Below are positions 30,780 through 43,436 of a DNA stretch of 64,000 nt, piece after piece. Under the pieces are notes generated by a model. The model made no database searches, was not told the DNA's origin, and was given only the letters and a program-made list of their open reading frames with translations. Made by a program: the position numbers and the translations under genes. The number at the start of each line of letters is the position of its first letter. Position 1 is the stretch's first letter. The stretch is taken from the NCBI GenBank assembly GCA_964016885.1, contig OZ024751.1:22258001-22322000 (forward strand), read 5' to 3'. The DNA is from Eledone cirrhosa (lineage: Eukaryota).

Positions 30780-30938
30780 CATATATACATATACATACAT
30801 ATATATATATACATACATATGTACATATACATACATATATACATATACATATATATATATATACATATATACATATACATATACATACATATACATATAT
30901 ACATATACATATATATACACATATATATACATATATAC

Positions 30939-30976
<38 letters not shown>

Positions 30977-31226
30977 CACACACACATATGTATGTATGCA
31001 TGTTTATATTTAGTATAATTTATTATAATGCAAAAATAATGTTGTGTTATTATTGCAGTAAGTTAATATACTAGTTAATTGTGGTGGTTATACAATGTCA
31101 GTAGAACACTTGGTGGTGTCTATTGTGTATGGGAAACCATTAAATGTAAGTTTGGTGAGATCATGGGAAAAAAATGAAGGGTTACTGAACAAAATCACAC
31201 AAGAGAGAGAAATACACAGACAGATG

Positions 31227-31262
<36 letters not shown>

Positions 31263-31389
31263 GGAAAATGTTCAAGGCCCCAACGGCCTTGGGAGCCTAG
31301 AACATTTCCCAATTACCCACTCTACTACCCTAAGTATTGAGTACTCTGGTGCGTTATGGTCCACCTAGTTCCTTACCACACTTCTTTCG

Positions 31390-31451
<62 letters not shown>

Positions 31452-31568
31452 CGAAGAATTGAACTCACAACCTTTCGATTGCAAGGTCAATGCTCTAACA
31501 ACTAAGCCATGGGCTTGCTCAAGGAAACAACACATCACCTGGTCTGAGAATTGAACTATATATATATA

Positions 31569-31890
31569 GGCCCATGGCTTTGACCTTGCAATCGAAAGGT
31601 TGTGAGTTCAATTCTCAGACCGGGTGATGTGTTGTTTCCTTGAGCAAGACACTTTATTTCACATTGCCCCAGTTTACTCAGCTGTAGAAATGAGATGATA
31701 GGGACTGGGGTCCCTATCATTCCACTGCAAAGTGGCCGTGGAGGTGCCATGGTAAAAAAGCACCCACCACTCACTGTAAATGAGGTTGGTGTTAGGAAGG
31801 GCATCCAGCTGTAGAAATCAAGCCAGAATCAGTTCCCGTCCCGCCCTTGCAAGCAGGGAAAAGTGGACGTAAAATGATGATGATGATGAT
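31569..31890 (+). mobile_element. SINE family B copy (tRNA head partly deleted, RTE-like tail)
   Basis: Matches 43039-43374; ends cccttgcaagcagggaaaagtggacgtaaaa(tga)n. Rearranged inverted fragments of the same head lie at 31455-31556. Confidence 0.9.
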
Positions 31891-31924
31891 ATATATATAT
31901 ATATATATATAAAAGGTAAGTAGA

Positions 31925-31972
<48 letters not shown>

Positions 31973-32304
31973 GTAGGTTGATAGACAGACAGATAAAGAG
32001 ATAAATAGGTAGATATGTAGATAGATAGTTGAATAGATAGATGAATGGATAGATAGATATAAATGAATAGATATAGAGATAAATACAAAGAGAGATAGCT
32101 ATAGGTAGATACATACATTGATAGATAGATAGACAGACAGATAGAGAGAGAGAGAAACAAAAGAAAACAACCAAACAAAAAAAGAAAAGAAAAGAAAAGA
32201 AAAAGAAACAAAGCTATCAAAATATGCAGAACATTCTGCTTTTGCAACATGCCATTAAAGAATTGTTGATATTGAAGTAGGTATGTGATATCTAATGATA
32301 TGTA

Positions 32305-33146
32305 ATAATTGTTTCTACTTTTGGCACAAGGCCAGCAAATTCCCCAGTACATTACTGGTACTTTCTTTTATCGACCCCGTAAGGATGAAAGGCAAAGTCA
32401 ACCTCGGCGGCATTTGAACTCAGACTGTAAAGAGCCGTAACTCTATGCTGCAAAGCACGGCGTCCGACCCTCTACCGATACTGCCAATCCACCGCCCTTA
32501 AGATAGAAATAATGCTTTCTTATATAGGCACAAGGCCAACAATTTTTGGGGTGGGGAAAGTCGATTAAATTGACCCCAGTGCATTACTGGTACTTTATTT
32601 TATTGATCCAATAAGGATGGAAGGTAAATCTAATCTCAGTAGGATTTGAACTCAGAACGTAAATGGCCAGAACTCAATGTCGTGAAGCATGTTGTCCGAC
32701 ACTCTACCGATACTGCCAATCCAACGCCCTTATAATAATAATAATGGTTTTTGATTTAGGTACAAAGCTAACAATTTTGGGTTGAGGGGAAATTCAATTA
32801 AATCAACTCCAGTGTATTACTGGTACTTTATTTTACCAACCCTGTAAGGATGAAAAGCAAAGCTAACCTTAGTGGAATTTGAACTCAGAACGTAAAGGTC
32901 CGTAACTCAGTACTGTGAAGCATTGTGTTTGGCACTCTATTGGTACTGCCAACCCCCAATAATAATTGTTTGTACTTTTGGCACAAGGCCAGCAATTATC
33001 CCAGTGCATTACTGGTACTTCATTTTATCGACTCCGTAAGGATGAAAGGCAAAGTTAATCTTGGCGAGATTTGAACTCAGACCATAAAGGACCGTAACTC
33101 TATGCTGCGAAGCATGGTGTCCGACATGCCACCAGTACTGCCAACC
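32305..33146 (-). mobile_element. Head-to-tail cluster of four SINE family A copies of different subfamilies
   Basis: Four successive units at ~32305-32497, 32510-32730, 32745-32955 and 32962-33146, separated by (aat)n. Confidence 0.9.
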
Positions 33147-33972
33147 TCTAATAATAACAATAATAACAAATGTTTCTAAGTTATAACTGAATACAATACA
33201 AAATTATTATAATACTGGAAGAGAATGTAATTATCATTAATTTACAATGACATCATTAAATTATAATATTGTAGATGAAGGCAGTCATCAGTTAGTGTCT
33301 TCTGTTTACTAAGGTGATAAGGTGTAATTTCAAGTAGATTTAGCTGCTCTATCTAACATTTAAGCAACCATATAGAGGCTCCCTCGTTGGCTTGAGGTTG
33401 GGGACAATGTTTAAAATTTAGTATGAATCTTTATAGTTTAATATATTAATATAATTCTATATATATATACTAAGCATGATACTAATAAGACTTTGTGTTT
33501 TTGCATCTCTTTGTTTGTCTTATTATTTCTTAAACTATATACATATATATATATATATATAGTAATAATAAATTTGAAGACTAAAATCGAAAGAGGGCTC
33601 GATAAGGATAAATATATATATATATATAGTTTCAGAAAATCCTGTTAAGGGTGAAAGCAGCGATTCTTTGCTTAAACTTTAATCTGTTATTTTAATAAAT
33701 TAATATATATATATATTTGAAAAAAAGGAAAAGAATGACTTCATTTGTAGTTGTAAATAATTTGATTTTAAAGATTCCTAGTTAACTTTCTTTCTCCAAG
33801 AAAGTTAACCAGGAATCTTTAAAATTCTTCTCAACGAAGTTAACAAAGAACTTACTAGATATACCAACTCATAATATTATAAAATTAAATCAAATTATTA
33901 AGAACTACAAGTGAAGTCATTCTTTTCCTTTTTTTCAAATATACCTAACTATACCAAGGATCTCACACATTT

Positions 33973-34012
<40 letters not shown>

Positions 34013-34055
34013 TTTCTGAGTAGTAGAAAAATGGTAGTGATTTCGAATTTTCAGT

Positions 34056-34092
34056 TCATCACTGATGAGGCAACCAGGCTGAAACATTGATC
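34056..34092 (+). ncRNA. Minimal hammerhead-like motif
   Basis: tcatca-CTGATGA-ggc..gct-GAA-ACAT-Tgat, with extended flanking pairing agaaaaatggtag / ctgccacttttct. Stem III is one change from the ACGT palindrome. Confidence 0.55.
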
Positions 34093-35078
34093 TCCCTGCC
34101 ACTTTTCTATTCAGAAAATATAATGTCTACTCTACACAGATGTACTATGCTCATGCAGTTAATATTGGAATGTTCTAATATATAATCATATACATATAAA
34201 TAAAAACATATTATATATATATGGATGGATGTTTACGCACATTTATATATACATATATATACATATATATACATATATATACATATATATTTAATATATG
34301 AGATAGATTGATAAATATATGTGTTTAAAATTAAACACATCAGTTGAGAATCTCAAATGAGAGACACAGGTGGCGTGTAAGTCTACATACATATTCTATA
34401 TACTTTATATATAAGTTGTTAAGAAAAGTAAGATGCATGGATTGAGGGTAAATTTTAAATATTCATTCATTCATTGAGTTTAAAATCTTCTCAAGACAAA
34501 GGATACTTTTTATGCTTTTTTTTTAAAATTTACTTTAAATTTTCCTTCAAATTTTCCTTAAAAATTCTTGCTATTTATTAACGAATGCAGGAACAAAGAA
34601 GAAATGATAATGCAGTAGAAAAGGATTAGGTTTATAGAGGTGATCAGTCTATGCTTCCATACAATACTTACTGGGTGTGTGTATGTGAGGGGGAGGTATC
34701 TGGAAAAAGAAGCAAGCTTTAAGCAATTTTAATTTTTTTTTTTGAGAGGGGATTTTTCAATTTTGTTTTTGCTTTTTTTTTCTAAATTATTTTTTTTTTG
34801 TTTCTAGTGAAAACATGGCAAGCAAAATAAAGTAAAATGAAATGAAATAAATGGGAAAAAACAAAACAAAATTGAACCAAATCGAAACAAAAATTTACAA
34901 AAATAGATACTATAGAAATCAATAAAAAGAAACATTCCATAATGAAAATAATCACACACACACACAAGGGGACAACAAATCAGACAGCAATATAAAAATA
35001 ATTTTCTGTGTGTATACTATATATATATACACACACACACATATATATATGTCTCTCTCTCTCTCTCTCTAGATTTGT

Positions 35079-35122
35079 ATGCCCTTGAGAAGCCCTTTTC
35101 GGGTGAAACGTACGTAGGTGCT
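35079..35122 (+). ncRNA. Variant hammerhead-like motif (TTGAGAA core, ACGTACGT stem III)
   Basis: gccc-TTGAGAA-gccc-ttttc-gggt-GAA-ACGTACGT-A-ggt. Confidence 0.5.
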
Positions 35123-36042
35123 TTTGTATAAACATGTTCTAACAGTATGTATTCTCCTTTGTAATCCTTTCATTTATATATATATATCTTTGAGGGCGAC
35201 TGGCCGAGGTGAAGGCAGCTAGTTGGTCAGTCGTCCTCTTTGTCTCTGTCTCTGATTTTTCGGACCCATGGTTTTTTACTTATTCCTTTGTTATATTCCA
35301 ATACCTGATGATATCACCGGATTCATATGGAACCCGGTCATTAAAATGATCATAGTATAATAAACCTTTCAAGGATTTACACCAGTCCAGCCTCCTGTTA
35401 TTTTATTTATAATTAACTCCGTATTCGCACCATCAACTACACAAACGAAGACGGGTGAACTGCACTACGTTGAGTAATCTCCACAATATTACACCAAGAT
35501 TGACCATACGGAATGACCAATTCTATCCAGTAGTGAACCAACAAACCTAAAGATATATATATATATATATACGATATATATATCGTAAATATACTCCAAA
35601 TACTTGTTGAGTGCTTTTATATCAGTTATAAATATTTACTCGTTGTTAACCCAGCAATTTAAATAAAACTTTGCATATATATATATATATATATATATAT
35701 TATACACAGTTTAGTATCCTCAACACATTTCTGCTACTACCATTGGTTTCCAATCGCACATGAGGCTTAGATTGTGCGATTGCACTTCCAGATGCATGAC
35801 TTTCATTCAGATTGCTTCTAAGTGGTCACTCAAACTTCAAGAAATAACAGCCAAATATTTTTAAAATCACACTCGCATCATGAAAAAAACTTTATAGCAG
35901 AGTGTACTGGATAATGTAACCTAATATATATTGTTAAAAAAAAAAAAGAAGAATGGTCATGTCTGCAATGGTGTACAATGACAATATATATATATATCCC
36001 TTTTCTACTGATGATGATGATTATATATATATATATATATAT

Positions 36043-36411
36043 ATCCGTTGGATGTGCAGTGTAAATGTGCGTGTACGACCCAGCATAAATGTGTTGAGAG
36101 AGAAACTGTGTCTGAGAGGGATAGAATGTAGTGTACGGGAGAGGAGACTGAGGTGGTATGGATATGTGATGCGCATGGAGGATGACCGATGGGTGAAGAA
36201 GTGCCAGGAATTGCCAGTTGAAGGAAGACGTGGTAGAGGTAGACCACGAAAAACATGGGCGGAGGTGGTGAGAACAGACCTCAGATCATTGAAGCTCACG
36301 GTGGAGATGATGAGGGACCGTGACGAGTGGAGAGATGCTGTGCTGAATAAGACCCGTCCCACCCTTGCAAGCAGGGAAAAGCGGACGTAAAATGATGATG
36401 ATGATGATGAT
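36043..36411 (+). mobile_element. 5'-truncated RTE LINE 3' end (open C-terminal frame plus (TGA)n tail)
   Basis: IRWMCSV...RERRLRWYGYVMRM...GRRGRGRPRKTWAEVV...DRDEWR is the typical RTE C-terminus; the stop is followed by (atg)n. Confidence 0.92.
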
Positions 36412-36870
36412 ATATATATCATCATTGTTTAATGTCCATTTTGCACGCTAGAATAGGCCTGAAGGCTGAGCTCTACTACCCCAAGTAGTGAGTACTCTGT
36501 TGAATAATGTTTTAACTAGTTTATACTGGTTTCATCCTGATATATATATATATATATTTTAGAACTATATATTACTAATTAATGTAAGGAAAATTGTTTA
36601 TGTCCTGCTGGATTCTATGTTTTTTTGTGTGCTATTAATAGTGTTGTATTCATAACATTATCTGGTTTTGCTATTTTCACGCCAAATTTACATTGATCGA
36701 TTATTGTGCACCAAGTCGATATTTCCTATATCAATATAAATTCTTTTATGTATATATTAGAAAGAATCAAGGCCTGAAGGCTAATCTCTTCTATCCCAAG
36801 TATCGAGTATTCTGTGGAATAATAGTCTAACTAGTTTGATACTGGTTTCATCCTGGTGTGTATATGTATG

Positions 36871-36904
<34 letters not shown>

Positions 36905-37298
36905 CGAGGGTAATCCCAAAAGTAAGGTCTCCAAAGTGATGGGGGATGCAAAGAAACTGTTCGTACGGCTGTTGGCAACACTGTTGTGATTGGTGCTTCC
37001 TTCACTCCCAAACAAGCATGTGTGCGCTTCGCTGGGATGCTCAATCTTGGCTTGGCAGCCATTGAGAATGGAGCTCCCATTGAATGCTACCGCCACGTGT
37101 GAATTTCGCGCAGTTATTATATAGAGGGCAATCCCAAAAGTAAGGTCACCTTCCGAGGAAAACATGCATAAAGATTGGCGGATCATCCTGGATGCTCTCT
37201 GCCTTTTGGTTCCTGAGGTTTCCCGAAGCACCATCCACAGGATTTTAATGGAAAAGTTGCAATATCGGAAGGAGACCTTACTTTTGGGATTGCCCTCG
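36905..37298 (+). mobile_element. Internally deleted mariner element
   Basis: 28-bp TIRs cgagggtaatcccaaaagtaaggtctcc / ggagaccttacttttgggattgccctcg (1 mismatch), TA flanks, and transposase remnants (..EFRAVI; DWRIILDAL...VSRSTIHRILMEKLQYRK). Confidence 0.9.
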
Positions 37299-37765
37299 TA
37301 TATATATATATATATGATTAGTATGTATATATCATCTATATATATATATATATATATACGATTATATATATATGATTAGTACAGATTTAAAATTTAAGCA
37401 AACAATTCCAGCTTTCACACTTTTTCAGATTCTGAAAAAGGTTGAAAGTAGAAATGGTTTTACGTAAATTTTGTACTGTTTAAGAATGTGTTACACATGT
37501 GGTTTTATGAGTATAACAGTAAATATTTTAACTACGATGTTGATAGATGGTATCAAAAGTATTAACCGTTTAGCCTTTACATTACTCTATATTTTCACAG
37601 TAAAGGATTTAGCTCACATAATATTGAATCTATGGGATTTTGATATAATTTATTTTGAGAACAATACCTTAACATCAGTAGGAGCGACAACATTTAGAGG
37701 AGAGTAAAAGAAAAGAGGGAATAAAAGAAAAAAATGATAAAGAATTGATTTGAAGATCAGCTTAC

Positions 37766-37860
37766 GGATGTTGTCATTGTGGTAGTGGTCGCATTGTTCA
37801 CCGAGGCTAGCTCGAAACTCTGACACTGGGCTTGTGTAGCTGTCGGCGATGTCTTCGTAT
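37766..37860 (-). CDS. Candidate internal exon (95 nt) of the unidentified host gene
   Basis: Acceptor ttttttatttcctccccag, donor CC|gtaagc. Open frames: TKTSPTATQAQCQSFELASVNNATTTTMTTS (phase 1 to 0, joins 25772 in frame) or YEDIADSYTSPVSEFRASLGEQCDHYHNDNI. Confidence 0.65.
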
Positions 37861-37939
37861 CTGGGGAGGAAATAAAAAAATACAAACATACATAAATTTA
37901 AATAAATTACATATATAAACAGTGTTAGAAGACATTTTA

Positions 37940-38345
37940 TGGACTGGCAGTATCGGCAGAGCATCAGACAACATGCGTTGGAGATTGGCAGTATCGGTAG
38001 AGTGTTGGACAACAAGCTTTGCGGCATATCATTATGGCTGGATTGGCAGTATTGGTAGAGGGTCGGACTCCATGCTTTCGAGCATAGTTACGTCCCTTTA
38101 CGATCTGAGTTCAAATCCCGCCGAGGTTGACTTTACCTTTCATCCTTACGGGGTCGATAAAATAAAGTACCAGTAATGTACTGGGTAATTGCTGGACTTG
38201 TGCCTAAAGTAGAAACAATTATGGCTCTTTACATACCTTTTATCCTTCTGGGGTTAATAAAATAAAGTAACTTTAAAGAACTGGGGTCACTACAATCAAA
38301 TCCCCCACTCATAATTGCTGGCCTTGTGCATAAACTAGAAATTAT
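37940..38345 (+). mobile_element. SINE family A copy (~38036-38221) preceded by two extra 5' heads and followed by an older fragment
   Basis: gga(c/t)tggcagtat(c/t)gg repeated three times before the full body. Confidence 0.8.
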
Positions 38346-38784
38346 GCTTATTATTATTTTGAAAGAACAGGTAAGAACATATACAATATGGCTGCATTCA
38401 TTTTATTCAAAATATGGCTGAAATTGAAAATACCTGATCCCAATATCTTATATATATATACATATATATATCATCCTCATCATCACTGTTTAACATCCAT
38501 TTTTCCATGCTGGCATGAGTTATCCTGTTGTGAGCAATGTTAAGTCAGGTGGCCATGTGATGCTCATGCAGTCACATCACATGTATATATATATATATAT
38601 ATATATACATGTGATGTCACATCACATGTATATATATATATATACATGTGATGTGACTGCATGAGCATATATATATATATATATATATATATGTGAAAAA
38701 TATGGGGAGAAGAATACTGCATGGTTGCACATGGACAACATGTTATAAAATGAGTCCCTCATCAGTGATTTGCCAACGGTCATT

Positions 38785-38819
<35 letters not shown>

Positions 38820-38823
<4 letters not shown>

Positions 38824-39105
38824 CACAAAAAGAAGAGTATCAGCGTTGCGACAAATGGAATTTATTGGACATATTACAATCGTTTCTCTGGCGACCAGCT
38901 TGAAGCATGATTGATGTGATGATCGAACCTGACTCTGAAAATCGCAAGGTCCTCAGATACGTATCTGAGGACCTTGCGATTTTCAGAATCAGGTTCGATC
39001 ATCACATCGATCATGCCTCAAGCTGGTCGACAGAGAAACGATTGTAATATGTCCAATAAATTCCATTCGTCGTGTCGCAACACTGATTCTCTTCTTTTTG
39101 TGATA
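38820..39105. repeat. Spacerless ~285-bp palindrome (putative Penelope-like fold-back)
   Basis: Centre ...cctcagatac|gtatctgagg... between 38960 and 38961; arms diverge distally. A single-arm relative lies at ~62878-62967. Confidence 0.8.
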
Positions 39106-39182
39106 TCATACTCTGCTCTATGAGAGCATCGAGTGCTCAAACGGCCTACCGCATATGGACGCTTTAAGCATCCAACACCAAT

Positions 39183-39273
<91 letters not shown>

Positions 39274-39392
39274 GTAAATAAAGGGTCGATCAACTTTCGT
39301 CAAATCGGACCGATTAAACAATGTTTCCGTTGGTCTTTCCAGTTGCTAATACTATCTATCGGTCGCAACTCCAGGTAGAAATATATATATAT

Positions 39393-39710
39393 ATCATCAT
39401 CATCATCATTTCATTTTACGTCCGCTTTTTCCCTGCTTGGGACGGGAACTGATTCTGGCTTGATTTCTACAGCTGGATGCCCTTCCTAACACCAACCTCA
39501 TTTACAGTGAGTGCTGGGTGCTTTTTTTGCCGTGGCACCTCCACGACCACTTTACAGTGGAATGATAGGGATCCCAGTCCCTGTCATCTCATTTCTACAG
39601 CTGTGTAAACTGGAGCAATGTGAAATAAAGTGTCTTGCTCAAGGAAACAACACATCACCCGGTCTGAGAATTGAACTCACAACCTTTCGATTGCAAGGCC
39701 AATGCTCTAA
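39393..39710 (-). mobile_element. SINE family B copy
   Basis: Reverse complement of 43039-43374, lacking the extreme 5' end. Confidence 0.9.
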
Positions 39711-39848
39711 ATATATATATAATAGTAGAACACTGGAGGGTTATATCCATATAGTAGTAGAGCACTCAGTCCATGGGATGAGTTTGGTAGAAGTAGTTCC
39801 ACAACAGTTATTTCACCATACTGAGAACAACTGTTTCACTTTCTGCAG

Positions 39849-39891
39849 ATTGAGCTGAAGATCCGCATAAAGTGAAACAGTTGTTCTCAGT
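39849..39891 (+). ncRNA. Hammerhead-like motif inside inverted duplication 39783-39923
   Basis: attgag-CTGAAGA-...-GAA-ACAGTTGT-T-ctcagt; stem I pairs, stem II is weak. Confidence 0.5.
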
Positions 39892-40114
39892 ATGGTGAAC
39901 TAACTGTTGTGGAACTACTTCTATTTATATATATATATATTTATATATATATATATATATACGTTATTCCGGGTTGAGTCGGAGGTAACCACAGTAAGTA
40001 AGGTACTCAATACATTGCAGAGTATAGTATAAAAGTTTTAAACACCCATCCCACTCCCTACCCTCTCCTACCACCTGAAGAGACCTATAAATACCATACT
40101 TATTTTTTGATACC

Positions 40115-40167
40115 CAGATTCCTGATGATTTCTAAAGAATGAAACAGTTCTAGTCCTGTAGAATCTG
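40115..40167 (+). ncRNA. Type I hammerhead ribozyme motif (monomeric stem III)
   Basis: cagattc-CTGATGA-t ttc taaa gaa t-GAA-ACAG[ttctagtc]CTGT-A-gaatctg: 7-bp stem I, GUA site, weak stem II. Confidence 0.65.
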
Positions 40168-40319
40168 ATCTATATATATATATCATTTAAGGTCTATTTT
40201 TCCATGCCTGCATGGGTTAGATGGATTATCATGTTATGAGACAAGTCAGGTCTTTCTCATATAGATCTGTATTTTAGCTTGGTTTCTACAGCTGGATCCC
40301 CTTCCTACACACACACACA

Positions 40320-40367
<48 letters not shown>

Positions 40368-40506
40368 TATATATATATGTGTGTATATATATATGTATAT
40401 ATATATGTATATATGTATATATGTATGTATTCGTTTGATGTTTCAAAATAAATCATTACATGCATGTAATACACACACACACACAAACGCACACACACAC
40501 ACACAA

Positions 40507-40554
<48 letters not shown>

Positions 40555-40669
40555 ACACACACACACATGTGTATGTGTTTGTGAGTGTTTATAAATACAA
40601 ACACATATCTAATAGGGCCAACCACTACATTTTGGACAAAGAAAAAAGCAAAGAAGAAGGTGAAGTCAG

Positions 40670-40880
40670 AGTAGAAGGTGAAGAAGAAGAAGAAGAAGAA
40701 GAAGAAGAAGAAGAAGAAGAAGAAGAAAGCAAAGAAGAAGAAGAAGAAAGCAAAGAAGAAGAAGAAGAAGAAGAAGAAGAGAGCGAAGAAGAAGAAAGCA
40801 AAGAAGAAGAAAAAGAAAGCAAAGAAGAAGAAAAAGAAAGCAAAGAAGAAGAAAAAGAAGAGAGCGAAGAAGAAGAAAGG
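40670..40880. repeat. (GAA)n-derived purine tract
   Basis: gaagaagaa with agcaaa interruptions. Confidence 0.9.
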
Positions 40881-41173
40881 AAATAATAATAATAGTAATA
40901 AGAAGGTGAAGAAGAAGAAAAGGAGGAGTAGAGGAAGGAAAATAAGAAGGAAGAATGTCCTGTTAAGCCTATTAGATATATTAGCATGTCTTGAGATAAA
41001 CTATTGCTGTTGGACTAATGAAGGGAGAGATGAACATATTGAACAGAAATCAATATCTTCATATTGTAGTTGTTGTTGTTGATGTTGTTGTTGTTGATGT
41101 TATTTTAGGTGGTGGTGGTGGTGGTGCATAGTTGTTGCTGATGATGATAATGTTAACAGTTTTAGTTGGCGGA

Positions 41174-41208
<35 letters not shown>

Positions 41209-42771
41209 AATAGTTGATGATAATGATGATGTAGTTGTTGTTGTTGATTATGTTATTGTAGTTGATAGAGGTGGTGGTGGTGGTGGGGCCATGTTGATGA
41301 TGATGATGATGTTAATGTTGATGTAGTAGTAGTAGTTGTAATAGTTGATGATAATTATGATGTAGTTGTTGTAGTGGTAGTAGCAGTAGTAGTAGCAGTA
41401 GTAGCAGCAGTAGTAGTAGTAGTAGTAGTAGTAATAACAGTAGTAGTAGTAGCAGTAGTAGTAGTAGTTGTCTTTCGTCCGACCTGACCAAAATGGCAGC
41501 AACAGAAACAAAGATAACTCAATCACTTAAGGAATATCCATTGAGGAATTAAATTTACTACAAGACCAATTTCGGTAAAATTTGTCACTATGAAATTATC
41601 CATTTATCACCAGACAACATGGGAGCCACTTTAATGAACTAACGAGGAAGCAGAGCGACTTTACACTGAGCCAGCAACAGAATTAAAGTAAAAGAAAGGA
41701 GCTGATCTTCAGATTTGTCCAAGGAAACTATGTTTTCATTATCTGCTGATCTTAACATCTGGTAGAAGAAAAGAGCCAACCATCAGACTGAACCAAGGAA
41801 ACTATATTTACACACAAACAATGAACAACAGAGGCCATGTACAGTTCCTCTCCGACAGATAACTTTCCCCCCGGAAAACCCCCCAGTTGATGGATGCGAA
41901 TCCAAAATATAAGGACAATTAAATCTCTCCCAAGTTAACTCTATCTCGTGTTATTATTTTTATTTTTTACGCTCTTTCCTACGTTGCTCTACACACTATA
42001 CGTCTCATTCTACATTTCCTCTTACATCTCGCTCTTCACCACCGGATTCTGTTACCCGGAGATTTACCCATCTGCATTGTTGAGGCTTCCAAAACGACAA
42101 AAAAAAATAATTTATTATTCCACAATGCTTCAAGCAAACTTCAATACTCTCTTATATTTACATTGCTTTTTCCATTGCTAACATTTAAATTCTAATTCAG
42201 TATTGAGTACTCATTCTCACGTCTATATATATGTATATATTACATATATATAGTCTCTTTTACTCTTTTACCTGTTCCAGCCATCTGGCTGAGGCCATGC
42301 TGGGGCAATGTATACATTACATATTAAATTTAAGTGAGTTTGGGCCCGATCAATAGAGATCGTACCTTGAGCTGATCAGTCATGAAACACGTGTCACACC
42401 TGAATAAATGTAATGAAAATTTGACACTTGTCCATGCCTAATATTATTATTACATTCTGCTTAGTACAACTCCAAAGTACATACTGGAAACTATGCATTG
42501 AGTTCTCACTTTGGTGGACCAACAGTAACTTGACGTTACAATCCATAAACTATATATAATATATACATATATATACGGGTCCAGAATCAGACAGATCCAC
42601 ACAATGACCGCGTCTCGAGCTGTCCGCCGGGGAAACAATTGTAACACAATAAATTGAGTTCAGATGCATCACTGATTTTTCGTTTTCTATTCTATATATA
42701 TACGTATATATATACGTATATATATACGTATATAATATAAGATCAAAAGATGGTTAAAGGAGTTCCATGTA

Positions 42772-42838
42772 TTTTATTATGCGCATTTCAAAAACAAACA
42801 TCATCATGCAATAATATTTGTGTTTTCATCAGATAAAA
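42772..42838 (-). ncRNA. Type I hammerhead ribozyme with intact core
   Basis: Reverse strand: ttttat-CTGATGA-aaac acaaatattatt gcat gatgatgtttgt tttt-GAA-ATGCGCAT-A-ataaaa. 6-bp stem I, long stem II, palindromic stem III; inside inverted repeats 42731-42755 / 42905-42928. Confidence 0.75.
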
Positions 42839-43038
42839 CAGGAGAACATGATATGAAGGCTAAAAAACACTTGTGGATAGTGCAGTTTTAAATCAACATA
42901 TCAAAACCATCTTTTGATCTTATATTATGTATACTCCAGTCCTACAAACTGTAGAGTGCTTCTTATCCGATATCTGCATTGCTTTATTGTACTACAATAA
43001 AACTCACCTCCTACATATATACGTATATATATATATAT

Positions 43039-43370
43039 GGAGGCACATGGCTTAGTGGTTAGAGCATTGGCCTTGCAATCGAAAGGTTGTGAGTTCAATT
43101 CTCAGACCGGGTGATGTGTTGTTTCCTTGAGCAAGACACTTTATTTCACATTGCTCCAGTTTACTCAGCTGTAGAAATGAGATGATAGGGACTGGGATCC
43201 ATACCATTCCACTGTAAAGTGGTCGTGTAGGCGCCACGGCAAAAAAAGCACCAGCACTCACTGTAAATGAGGTTGGTGTTAGGAAGGGCATCCAGCTGTA
43301 GAAATCAAGCCAGAATCAGTTCCCGTTCCACCCTTGCAGGCAGGGAAAAAGCGGACGTAAAATGAAATGA

Positions 43371-43374
<4 letters not shown>
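43039..43374 (+). mobile_element. Full-length SINE family B (tRNA head, CORE/V-like block, RTE-derived tail)
   Basis: A box TGGCTTAGTGG, B box GAGTTCAATTC, tccttgagcaagacact block, aggaagggcatccagctgtag, 3' end shared with the RTE at 36043-36411; inserted in (TA)n. Confidence 0.93.

Positions 43375-43436
<62 letters not shown>

Noticed and set aside
40569-41082. Poly-Glu / poly-Lys ORFs
   Set aside because: (GAA)n repeat open in multiple frames; no non-repetitive coding context.
41326-41483. Possible minus-strand exon after ttttggtcag
   Set aside because: Runs straight into (ACT)n repeat with stops and no clear donor.
43052-43291. Recurrent ORF MPFLTPTSF...CEIKCLAQG suggesting a small gene family
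   Set aside because: Antisense translation of SINE family B copies; likewise the ...DERQS ORFs come from SINE family A.
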